Assembly (NCBI GenBank): GCA_963823665.1 | Contig: CAWGMQ010000010.1 | Location: 2,304,001 to 2,368,000 of the forward strand | Length of the DNA stretch: 64,000 nt | Direction of reading: 5' to 3' | Source: an uncultured Planctomycetota bacterium | GTDB taxonomy: Bacteria; Planctomycetota; Planctomycetia; Isosphaerales; Isosphaeraceae | In this document: piece by piece, positions 10,373 to 19,434 of the stretch | Layout of the letters: each line of letters begins with the position of its first letter | How positions within the stretch are numbered: position 1 is the stretch's first letter | Notes under the pieces: generated by a model | What the model was told of the DNA's origin: nothing | The model's input: only the letters and a program-made list of their open reading frames with translations | Database searches by the model: none | Program-made: the position numbers and the translations under genes

Positions 10373-11800
10373 ATGAGCCTGGCTGAGCAAGTTCGCCCGC
10401 TGCTCGCAACGATCGCCCCGCCATCGAGTGTGCGGAGGCGAGTGCTCCGGTTCGGCTATCGGAGGATCCGTTCACTGTCCGAGCTTCTCTGCCGGCGAGG
10501 CTTGACGCGCGGAGCCGAGGCAATCCCAGAGCATCCGCAGGCGACGGCAGCAACGATCCGCCCGATCGGCGCCGATCGGATCGGGCCGCGCCAGGTCCTC
10601 GTGATCGACCACCGGCTTCCAACTCCCGATCGCGATAGTGGGTCTGTTCGCATGATGGAGCTCATCCGCGCGATCGGGCTCCGTGGTCATCAGGTCACGT
10701 TCATTCCCAACAATCAGGCCGTGTTTTCGCCTTATCGCGAAGACCTGGAGCGCGCTGGAATCGAGGTCGTCTATCCGCCGCGCTACCGATCAACCGAGGA
10801 ATTCCTGAGCAAATACGGCCACGAATTCCGCCTGGCGATCATCGCCCGCGCCGACGTGGCCGATCGGCACATGGACACGGTGCGACGACACGCGCCCCAG
10901 GCCAGAATCGTGTTCGACACCGTGGACCTCTGCTTCTTGCGCGAAGAGCGTCAGGCCCAGATCGCAGGGGACGAAAGCCTCAAGGCGGCTGCCTCTCTCC
11001 GCAAGGAACAGGAGCTTCGGCTGGCCAGGAGTGCGGATCTCACCCTGGTCGTGAGCGCGATCGAGAAGGCTGTGCTCGAGGCCGAATGCGGGCCGGAGGC
11101 CGACGTCCGTATCCTTTCGAATATCCATCCCGTCGAGACAAGAACGCCACCGGGCTACGACGAGCGACGCGATATTCTGTTCATCGGCGGGTTTGATCAT
11201 CAGCCCAACGTCGACGCGGTGCTCTTCTTCGCGCACGAGATCTTCCCGCTCGTGCGGGAGCGCATTCCGGGCGCCCGTTTTCAGGTCATCGGCCCTTATC
11301 CCAGGCCGGAAATCAGCCGGCTTGCCTCGGACAGCACCCAGATCCTGGGGTTCGTTCCGGACGTGAAACCGCATTTCGACAGGGCCCGCCTCTCGGTCGC
11401 GCCGCTGCGATTCGGGGCCGGCGTCAAAGGCAAGGTGAACCAGAGCATGTCGCTGGGCGTGCCCACCGTAGTCACCCCCGTCGCGGCCGAGGGGATGTAT
11501 CTGACGCATGAAGTCGACGCCATGATCGCCGACGGAGCCGAGCACTTTGCCGATGCCGTCGTGCGGCTCTGGTCGTCACCGGACCTCTGGCGGAAGATCT
11601 CGGAGAACGGCATCCGCAGCCTGCAACGACACTTCTCTGTTCTTGCCGCGACCGGGCCCATTGAAGAGCTTCTAGCATGGGCCGGCCTGTCGGCAACCGT
11701 CAAGTTCCAGGAGGAGCGCGGCCATGAGCGAGCGAGGTCTCGATCGCGGACTGAGGGCGGATCCAGTAGCGGATCGAGCACGGTCAGAATCGCTTCGTAG
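10373..11800 (+). CDS. GT4-like glycosyltransferase
   Basis: PTPDRDSGS, FDTVDL, FIGGFDHQPNVDA, APLRFGAGVKGKV. Confidence 0.88.
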   Translation: MSLAEQVRPLLATIAPPSSVRRRVLRFGYRRIRSLSELLCRRGLTRGAEAIPEHPQATAATIRPIGADRIGPRQVLVIDHRLPTPDRDSGSVRMMELIRAIGLRGHQVTFIPNNQAVFSPYREDLERAGIEVVYPPRYRSTEEFLSKYGHEFRLAIIARADVADRHMDTVRRHAPQARIVFDTVDLCFLREERQAQIAGDESLKAAASLRKEQELRLARSADLTLVVSAIEKAVLEAECGPEADVRILSNIHPVETRTPPGYDERRDILFIGGFDHQPNVDAVLFFAHEIFPLVRERIPGARFQVIGPYPRPEISRLASDSTQILGFVPDVKPHFDRARLSVAPLRFGAGVKGKVNQSMSLGVPTVVTPVAAEGMYLTHEVDAMIADGAEHFADAVVRLWSSPDLWRKISENGIRSLQRHFSVLAATGPIEELLAWAGLSATVKFQEERGHERARSRSRTEGGSSSGSSTVRIAS

Positions 11801-13063
11801 CAAACTGATACGCCGGCCGTCAGATATCTTCCGCAAGCCAGCCGCGCGCCCGCGCCAAGGGCGAAGCCCGCCGACATCGTCCTTATCGCCGGCTTCCTGG
11901 TTGCGATCAGCCTGCCGCTCCTGGGCTTGCTTTTCTCGCTCGACCGGGGATTCGTTCTCGACGAGAAGCGAACGCTCACGCCACGGCCCCGGCTCAAGGC
12001 GCACATGAAGGTGCTGGCCGCGTTCCCTGCCCGGTTCGAAGCGTTCTTCAATGACCAATTTGGATTCCGCAAGCGGCTGATCTACGGGCTCAATGTGACG
12101 AAGGTCGTGGCGCTTGGCGTCTCGCCCCATCCCAAAGTGATCTTCGGATCCAAGGGGTGGCTCTACTACGGCGACAAGGATGTCCCGTACTACCGAGCCG
12201 TGGAGCCTCTGACTGAGGCGCAGCTCGAAGCCTGGCAGAAACGGCTCGAACAGCGGCAATCGTGGCTCGCGGACCGCGGCATCCCCTACCTGTTTGTCAT
12301 CACACCGCTCAAGAGCACGGTCTATCCCGAGTATATGCCGCGCACGTATAACCGGATCGGAACGACGTCGCGCCTCGACCAGCTCATGGCGCACTTGAGG
12401 GCGCACTCCGGCCTCAATGTCATCGATCTGCGCGCGGCGATCCTGGACGAGAAAACGCGCAATCAGGTGTTTTACCGCACCGACACGCACTGGAACACCC
12501 GGGGCTCGTACGTCGGCTACACCCACATTCTGAAGGCGCTCTCGCGCTGGTTTCCTCAGCTCGAGGCCATTCCGATCTCGGCATTCGAGGAGTTCCACTA
12601 TTTTTCCGAGCCGGGGCGAGACCTGCCGTCGCTGCTGGGGATGGAACCCTACTTCTGGGATCGCTACGTCGACATGAAACGGACGAGGCCGGGTCTTGCG
12701 CATGAGATCACGCCACCGCCGCCGGCGAGCAAGCTGGTGGATCGCGGCCCCGACATCTTGTACGAGCACCCCGATGCCCGATTGCCGAGGGCCGTCATGT
12801 TCCGCGACTCATACGCGGGCTGGCTCATTCCGCTGCTCTCGGAGAATTTCAGCCACATTCTCTACACGTGGCAGTACACCTTCGACAAAGAGATCGTCGA
12901 GCGAGAGAACCCCGACGTGGTGATCCAGGAACTGGTCGAGCGGGTGCTGATGGAAGACACGCCGCCGGCGCCGTACGCGCAGAGCGCGGGGTCTGGAGAC
13001 CCGCGCCCAACAACCCGGCATATGATGGTGGGTTTCACCCACCCTACGGAGTCGAAAAGCTAG
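11724..13063 (+). CDS. AlgJ/AlgX-like SGNH O-acetyltransferase; probable frameshift at 11800-11870
   Basis: GSKGWLYY, PLKSTVYPEYMP, TDTHWN, RDSY; N-terminal TM helix lies upstream of 11927 with no in-frame start, while ATG 11724 has a GAGGAG RBS. Confidence 0.8.
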
Positions 13064-13988
13064 ACTTCGACCCACTCGAGGTGTGCCACCTTGGGCAGCA
13101 GCTCTTGGCGTGCCCAGGTCACGAACGGCCGGTCCACGCACGACTCGATACTCACCCCCGGCAAGACATCTTCCCCGATCCCGTCGGCGACGAATACGGC
13201 GTTGAACCCGAGCCGCTGCACACCGGCCAGCCGATAGCCTTTTTTCTTGCCGAGCTTCACGAAAGCCGGCAGGCTGGCGCCTGAGTAGATCAGAAAGCGG
13301 TCGATCGGCGGGGTCTTGAACGTATCGGAGTACGGGACCGTGACGGCGCGATCCGGCCCCCAGATGCACTGCACTTCGGCGATCACCACGCGGGGCCGAA
13401 TCACGTCGATCGCTTCCCAGACCCAGTAGTCCACGCCGTCCAGATCGAGAGACAGCAGGTCGACCTGCCCTTCAAAGCCATTCATTCTGATCAAATCGTT
13501 GATGTTCTCGCGTGTGATCCACGCATGGACAAACCTGGGCGGGAGCGGACTGGTATCGGGAAGCCGGGCGTAATAGGCACGCCCTCGTTCAACGAGACGA
13601 ATGTCGCCGTCAAAGAGCAATCCGTTCCAGCCGTGGTTCACGATCAGATTTGCCGTGTTGCACTCGATTCCATCTCCGGCGCAGATCTCGACGCAGCGGC
13701 GCCCGCCCATGCCGAGCAGACTGAAAACGTAGAGCAGGATGCCATCCTCGCCGTTCTGGCTGAAGGCGCGGAACTCGGTGTCTTCAAACGAGGGCAGGGG
13801 GGCTTTTCCGCGGGCGAGCTCGCGGTACTGGTTGGCGAGGATCAACTGCGACACCTTGTCGGCGGTACCGACCGTTCCGCCGGCAGACCGCTCGAGCAAG
13901 GATCGCAGGCCGGCCAGGTCGCGCTTGAACGGGCCCATGCCGAGCGTGTTGAGCACCGAGAGACAGCTTTCCGCGTCAGGCTTCTCAT
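13060..13988 (-). CDS. FkbM-like methyltransferase-fold protein; probable 1-nt deletion near the 5' end
   Basis: FSQNGEDG, EICAGDG, LLSLDLDGVDYWVW, RPRVVIAE, GASL; ATG 13988 follows an AAAGGA RBS and joins the ORF if one base is restored. Confidence 0.65.
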
Positions 13989-14043
13989 GAGTCGTCCTTT
14001 TCTGGAAAGTCAACCGGGTGCGCAGGCCGGCGCCCGGCGCTCA

Positions 14044-15822
14044 TCAAATGCGTTTGCCTTTGATCGACGGACGAAGCCGTCTCAGCTCGCGCCCGAGCCG
14101 CCGCTCTACTGCGGTATGGAGCGCATACCACGCCTGACGGACGCCGGCTGCCGGCCCCTCCGGTACCGCGTGCGCCGCATCGACGCGGACCGGCCCGCCT
14201 GCCGGCTGCGACCAGCTCAGAATCGCGTCGCGGAGCATTCGCCTCGCCTGAAGCGAACGTTCCGAGGGATTGAGCACAACCGAGCGGTACACGCGAATCA
14301 CGGCATCGGCGATCGCACCGCGCGGCGCCAGCACGATTTCCGCCGGCGAGATTCCCAGCTCGGAGGCGATCCGGTCGCGAGAGTCTTGCGAGTGAGCCAG
14401 GATACCTTGAGCGCACATCAGAGCGAGTGAGCCTGTGGTGCCCTCGGCATCGTGAATTGCACCTAGGCGGGCTGTTGCCGTCGCTTCCCGGGAAGTCCGG
14501 TCGTCAACGGTCAGAACAACGTGCGCCCCAGAGCCGTAGGGGATCGCCAGCTCCTCGCGAGTGATGAACCCCGCCGGTTTGTGAATGACCGCGAAATCGT
14601 CGCGCCAGGATTCCGGTGTGATGTGCGGCGCGCAGAATCCTGCGGCTTGCGCCTTTTCGTTGACCAGCAGCCACAGATCGACCTCGGGGGCCTGCGCGAG
14701 CGATTGTGCCAGTTTGATCGCGTCCGTCCGCGCGGGCTCATTGGTAGTGGCGACGTGCCGGATGTCGAGGGCAACGCGCAGCTTGCCGGTGCGCAGGAAT
14801 TCGATGGCATGCCGGGGCAGTTGCCCGTCCAGGCTATGCTCGAAGCCGGCGAGTTGATGCGCGCGGTACGGATGTCGTTCCTCGAGGATCGCTCGATCTC
14901 GCGCGGGCAGAAAGCCACCATCGTCGTCCGCATTCAATCCGGCCGGCAAATGCTCGACGTACGCGTGATTGGATCGCTTGCCGAGAAAGCCGACCGTCTG
15001 GGCGCGCATGACCCAGTCTTCGATGGCGGATTGAAGGGTCGAGAACCGGGGATCCAGCAAACCGATCGCGTCGATGATCGGCCCGCGCAGATAAACGCAC
15101 GGCCCGTGTACGCCAGGTGCGCTCGTCGCCCGCGGGAGGCAGGAGAAAGCTTTGCTCGCCAGGCACTCGTCGATTCCGGCGTGGCGATTGTCGTGTGTTT
15201 GGATCGAGCGGTCGAGCACGCTCAGAATCGACAGCGGCCACGCGAAGGCAACGCGCTCTTCGGAGTGAGCGACGGCCGAAAGCTCGGTGAGCCAGCCGGG
15301 CGTGACCATCGTGCCGGGCGCGAGGAGAAGACAATCCCCTCCGCGCTCGCGCAGGCCGAGGTTCCAGGCTTGCGTATCAACGGGATGATGCGAGTGCCGC
15401 ACAATGTGGACGGCCGGGCTGCTCTGAGCGAGGCTCTCCAGCTCAGGCTCCTGGGCAAGCGCCGTGACCAGGATCAAGCGGCGCAAAACCGGGTCGCCTG
15501 GCTCGAGAACTCGTCGCAGGGAGCGGATCGTGGTCGGCGTCACCCAGTCCACGGCGACGATGACATCGGCGGTCCTTGCCGGCGGCATTCCCATCTCCAG
15601 AGGGGCCAAGCTCGGAATCGTTGCTCGGTCGGGACGCATCGATCGACTGAGAGGGTATACTCCCATCGCGCACTGACGGTCAAGATGAATTGGATGGGTC
15701 GGGCCGCTCGATTGCTCGAGGTGCAACGTCGGGAAGAAGCACTTTCGCCGAGTAAAGATGCCGGCGGCTGCGTCGAGAAGATTTACTTCGGGTGGGTCTT
15801 TCTGAGGCAGTTCTGAAACCAA
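14044..15822 (-). CDS. Degenerate GT2 domain fused to an internally deleted GT4 domain
   Basis: GT2-like WNLGL, VTPGWL, CVYLRG, GLLDPRF, EDW but no DxD; then GKLRVALD...HKPA homologous to 28543-30288 but lacking the second GT-B lobe; start uncertain. Confidence 0.7.
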   Translation of the reverse strand: MVSELPQKDPPEVNLLDAAAGIFTRRKCFFPTLHLEQSSGPTHPIHLDRQCAMGVYPLSRSMRPDRATIPSLAPLEMGMPPARTADVIVAVDWVTPTTIRSLRRVLEPGDPVLRRLILVTALAQEPELESLAQSSPAVHIVRHSHHPVDTQAWNLGLRERGGDCLLLAPGTMVTPGWLTELSAVAHSEERVAFAWPLSILSVLDRSIQTHDNRHAGIDECLASKAFSCLPRATSAPGVHGPCVYLRGPIIDAIGLLDPRFSTLQSAIEDWVMRAQTVGFLGKRSNHAYVEHLPAGLNADDDGGFLPARDRAILEERHPYRAHQLAGFEHSLDGQLPRHAIEFLRTGKLRVALDIRHVATTNEPARTDAIKLAQSLAQAPEVDLWLLVNEKAQAAGFCAPHITPESWRDDFAVIHKPAGFITREELAIPYGSGAHVVLTVDDRTSREATATARLGAIHDAEGTTGSLALMCAQGILAHSQDSRDRIASELGISPAEIVLAPRGAIADAVIRVYRSVVLNPSERSLQARRMLRDAILSWSQPAGGPVRVDAAHAVPEGPAAGVRQAWYALHTAVERRLGRELRRLRPSIKGKRI

Positions 15823-15826
15823 TCCG

Positions 15827-16945
15827 TCACGTCCGCGAGCGCGATCCCGAACCGGTCTCGCTTGACTGTTCCGTTTCGAGCCGTGCCCTGGCCGCGATCA
15901 TCGTTTGGTGCAGCTTTTTCTGAAGCAGCCGTTTCGGCGGAAGGTCCGTCAGGTAGGACGCCACCCGGATGCCGCTTTTGTCGAGTTGGAGCAGTTCAAC
16001 TCGCTCATCTCCCTTGTCGGCGCACAGAATCAGCCCGATTGGAGCACCCTCGCCACGTTCCATCTCGTGCTTTTCCAACCAGCGGAGGTACAATTCCATC
16101 TGCCCCTTGTCGCCGGCCTTGAAGCGCTCCAATTTGAGTTCGACTGCAACCAATCGCCGGAGTTTTCGGTGGTAGAAGAGTAGATCGAGATAGAAGTCTT
16201 CGCCGTCGATCACGATTCGCTTTTGTCTCGTGATGAAGCTGAAACCCGCGCCCAACTCCAGGATGAACCGCTCCATCTCCCGCAAGATCGCCGCTTCGAG
16301 GTCTTTCTCATCGTACGTATCTTTGAGGCCCAAGAACTCCAGGAAATAAGGATCGCGGAACACGAGGTCGGGCGTAAGCGTTTCTCCGCCCCGGAGCTTC
16401 GTCAATTCTTGCTTGATCAGTTCTTCGGGCTTCCTCGACAGAGCGGTTCGCTCGAAGAGCATCCCGCCGATTTTCGCTCGAAGCGCCCTGACGCCCCACC
16501 GTTCAATCCGGCACATTTCGGCGTAGAACTCTCGCTGGAGCAAATCCTTGAGTTGCAAGATCTCGATGAAGTGGCTCCAGCTCAATTGTCTCGACAGTGT
16601 CGAGACAATTTCTCCGTCCGGGAAGGATTCGGCGAATTTGATCATGCGGAACAGATTCGGTCGCGAGTAGCCGCTGCCGAATTCCACACTCAATTGTCTC
16701 GACAGCGTCGAGACAATCTGCTCGCCGTACGCGGCGCGCCGGGAATCGAGGATATCGCCTCGGATGCGCTGCCCCACCTGCCAATAGTGCATCACCAGCG
16801 CCGAGTTGACAGCCTGGAACACCCCAAAACGCGCGGAGCGTATCAGGTGGCGGAGATCCTTGATCAGCTTCGCCGGGGAGCGCACATCACGCAGCGGCAC
16901 ACGCACCATCGGCACGTTCTGGTTTTTTGCTCGTTTCCTGGCCAT
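15827..16945 (-). CDS. DUF1016/YhcG family PD-(D/E)XK nuclease-domain protein
   Basis: YWQVGQRI, LSWSHF, REFY, RDPYFLEFLGL, ELGAGFSF, DLLFYHRKLRRLVAVELK, GQMELY, PIGLILC. Confidence 0.92.
   Translation of the reverse strand: MARKRAKNQNVPMVRVPLRDVRSPAKLIKDLRHLIRSARFGVFQAVNSALVMHYWQVGQRIRGDILDSRRAAYGEQIVSTLSRQLSVEFGSGYSRPNLFRMIKFAESFPDGEIVSTLSRQLSWSHFIEILQLKDLLQREFYAEMCRIERWGVRALRAKIGGMLFERTALSRKPEELIKQELTKLRGGETLTPDLVFRDPYFLEFLGLKDTYDEKDLEAAILREMERFILELGAGFSFITRQKRIVIDGEDFYLDLLFYHRKLRRLVAVELKLERFKAGDKGQMELYLRWLEKHEMERGEGAPIGLILCADKGDERVELLQLDKSGIRVASYLTDLPPKRLLQKKLHQTMIAARARLETEQSSETGSGSRSRT
16584..16610. repeat. 27-bp palindrome inside DUF1016 CDS (copy A)
   Basis: aattgtctcgaca-g-tgtcgagacaatt: perfect 13-bp arms, 1-nt centre. 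Confidence 0.95.
16693..16717. repeat. 25-bp palindrome inside DUF1016 CDS (copy B)
   Basis: attgtctcgac-agc-gtcgagacaat: 11-bp arms; direct repeat of copy A, 108 bp apart. Confidence 0.95.
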
Positions 16946-17146
16946 GCCTCAAGATTAACGTAAGCCGCGGCTAAATCCACACAGCCCCAGGACCAGGCCC
17001 TCTTTTCTTCTCGAAGCGGCGACGATAGCTTGAACCACGCGCCCGGCGGGGAGACAGGAACCCGGACGACGCCGCGCCGGTCCTCCCGTCAGATTCGCGG
17101 GCCATGGAACCCGGTCGGAACCGAATTCTCACGGAGGCGATCAATC

Positions 17147-18203
17147 TTGGAACCGCTCGGCGTTCTGGTCCTCGGAGTCGGAGGCAATGTCAGCCAGGGG
17201 ATCTTGAAGGCGCTGGCCCTTTGCAAGCTGCCGGTGCGGGTAGTGGGGGCGTGCATCAGCCCGCTCTCGCTGGGGCTCTACACGGTTGACCGCGCGTACG
17301 TCTCGCCCCTGGCGAATGACCCTGCTTTCGTTGACTGGCTGGTCGCAACCTGTCGCGCCGAGGGCGTTCGCGCTGTTCTGTCGGGCGTCGAGCCGGTGCT
17401 TGCGGTCCTGGCGCGCCAACAGGCCCGCATACGGGCTGAGTCCGGGGCCGTTTGCGTGGTTGCTCCCCCGGATGTCCTTGCCATTGGCGACGATAAGCTC
17501 GAGAACCTGCCGCTGGCTCAAAGCCCAGGGGTTCCATGCCCCGCGCTGCTGCGATGCCGGGGATCGCGACGGCCTGGAAAAACTCGTGGCGGCTTGCGGC
17601 TTCCCGCTCTTCGCCAAGCCGCGGGCGGGCAAATCCGCCCAAGGGGTCATGGAAATCCGCGATCGCGCTGCTCTTGCTCTGGTCGCCGGCCGTCCCGAGT
17701 ATGTCGTTCAGGAACTCCTCGGCGATGCCGGCAGTGAGTACACCGCCGGCTGCTTCACGGACCGCGACGGCCGGGTGCGCGGCACGATCACGATGAGGCG
17801 CGATCTGCTCGAGGGAACGACCTACCGCGCCGTGGCGGGGGCGTTCCCCGAGGTCCGGCATGAGGCCGAGCGGATTGCCGGGGCGTTGAACCCGATGGGG
17901 CCGTGCAATGTGCAGATGCGGGTTGCACACGGGCGCCCCGTCTGTTTCGAAATCAACGTGCGATTCTCCGGCACGACGCCCGTGCGGGCCCGACTGGGGT
18001 TCAATGACGTGGAGGCCGCGCTAAGGCATTACGTCCTCGGGGAACCGGCCGTCGATTTGCCGGTCGTGACTCAGGGGATTGCCCTTCGTTACTGGAACGA
18101 GGTCTACGTCGATCCTTCGGCTCATGAGGAACTCGTGCGTGCGGGGCGTCTGGGTTGTCCGCGGGGCTACCCGATCACGGTCGAAGATTACGGAGCCCGA
18201 TGA
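17147..18203 (+). CDS. ATP-grasp protein (carbamoyl-phosphate-synthase-like); frameshift near 17503
   Basis: GGAGG RBS then TTG; VLVLGVGG...GDDK, then FAKPRAGKSAQG, VVQE, EYT, FEINVRFSGT in the next frame. Confidence 0.82.
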
Positions 18204-18424
18204 TGCGCGTCCGCCGGCGATTTGCCTAACGTCCGCAGTTTACCCTCGATCACTCCATCCTGGCGGTTGCTGACGATCATGCACACGGCATTGGTCGATG
18301 ACATCCACCGCCCTCGGACAACTTTTTCGAACCCGCATTCCCACGTCGGCCGATTGAGGTGATAGTGGCGCGATGCCTTTTATCGTGTTGCAGAGCCCGT
18401 GGGCACATTCTTTGGAACGGATTC

Positions 18425-19414
18425 ATGCAAACTGCGCTCGCGCCAATCGGGACCGCCCGAAACGTGCTTCTGGACCAGGCGAACACCGACGACTACAACC
18501 GGCTCGTGACCGAAGAGCTTGAACACTTCAATGAAATTGCCGTCACCGAAGGGCTGACCGAAGGCGGCATCCACGCCCACCGATGCTGGAGCTTCTATTT
18601 TGCGCATCTGTACTCAAAGCACTTCGGGCTTTCATTCTATGACGCCGTCTGGGCGGCACTTGACGGGCGAAAAGCGGCCCGCGTGCTGAGCCTGGGCTGC
18701 GGGTACGGCGGCCACGACCTGGAGATCGCCCGCAAGGCCCCGGATCTTGGTGAGTTGATCGCCGTGGACTTGAATCCCCGCGTCTACGACTCGGCCTCGC
18801 GCCGCGCGGCGGACGAGGGGCTGCCGATCTTCTTTGAACCGCTCGACCTCAATCGCGTCGAGATTGCGCCGGGATACTTCGACGTGATCTACGCTGTGGC
18901 GTCGATCCATCATATTTTGAACCTCGAGCATTTGCTCTCCCAGGTGCACCGCGGGCTGAAGGACGACGGGAAGCTGATCGTCTTCGACATCATCGGCAAG
19001 ACCCAGGTCGAGTTCTGGCGTGAGAACGTCGAATACGCCGCGCGGGTGGTCAAGCGGCTGGCGTCACGCTTTGGCCTGAGAGCCGGGCGCCGGCGGCCGC
19101 TCAAGCGATTATTCTTCGACCCTTACACCATCATTTCGCCGTATGTCGAACCCGTGATTCAAACGGGAATGGAAGGCATTCGCCAGGAAGAGATCGCGCC
19201 CTTGCTCGACCGCTCGTTTCAGGCGGAGAAGGTGTTTTACTTCGACGCCTACATGCGGCTGATCTGCACGAACGGAACGCTCGGCCCGCGCCTTGACCCG
19301 GACATCGTCGGGAATCGCACCCTGCTCGAATCGCTCTTCGACGAGGAGATGGAGCTGATCGCCGCGGGCAAGCTACGGCCTACCGAGCTGTTCGGGATCT
19401 ATTGCAAAAAATAA
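18425..19414 (+). CDS. Class I SAM-dependent methyltransferase
   Basis: VLSLGCGYGG, AVDLN, FDVIY, SIHH, LKDDG. Confidence 0.85.
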   Translation: MQTALAPIGTARNVLLDQANTDDYNRLVTEELEHFNEIAVTEGLTEGGIHAHRCWSFYFAHLYSKHFGLSFYDAVWAALDGRKAARVLSLGCGYGGHDLEIARKAPDLGELIAVDLNPRVYDSASRRAADEGLPIFFEPLDLNRVEIAPGYFDVIYAVASIHHILNLEHLLSQVHRGLKDDGKLIVFDIIGKTQVEFWRENVEYAARVVKRLASRFGLRAGRRRPLKRLFFDPYTIISPYVEPVIQTGMEGIRQEEIAPLLDRSFQAEKVFYFDAYMRLICTNGTLGPRLDPDIVGNRTLLESLFDEEMELIAAGKLRPTELFGIYCKK

Positions 19415-19434
19415 AGAGCCCGCATCAAGCCGGC

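Noticed and set aside
11798..11800. Amber read-through fusing the GT4 to the AlgJ-like protein
   Set aside because: They are in the same frame, but ATG 11724 with a strong RBS plus one indel explains it more simply in an indel-rich sequence
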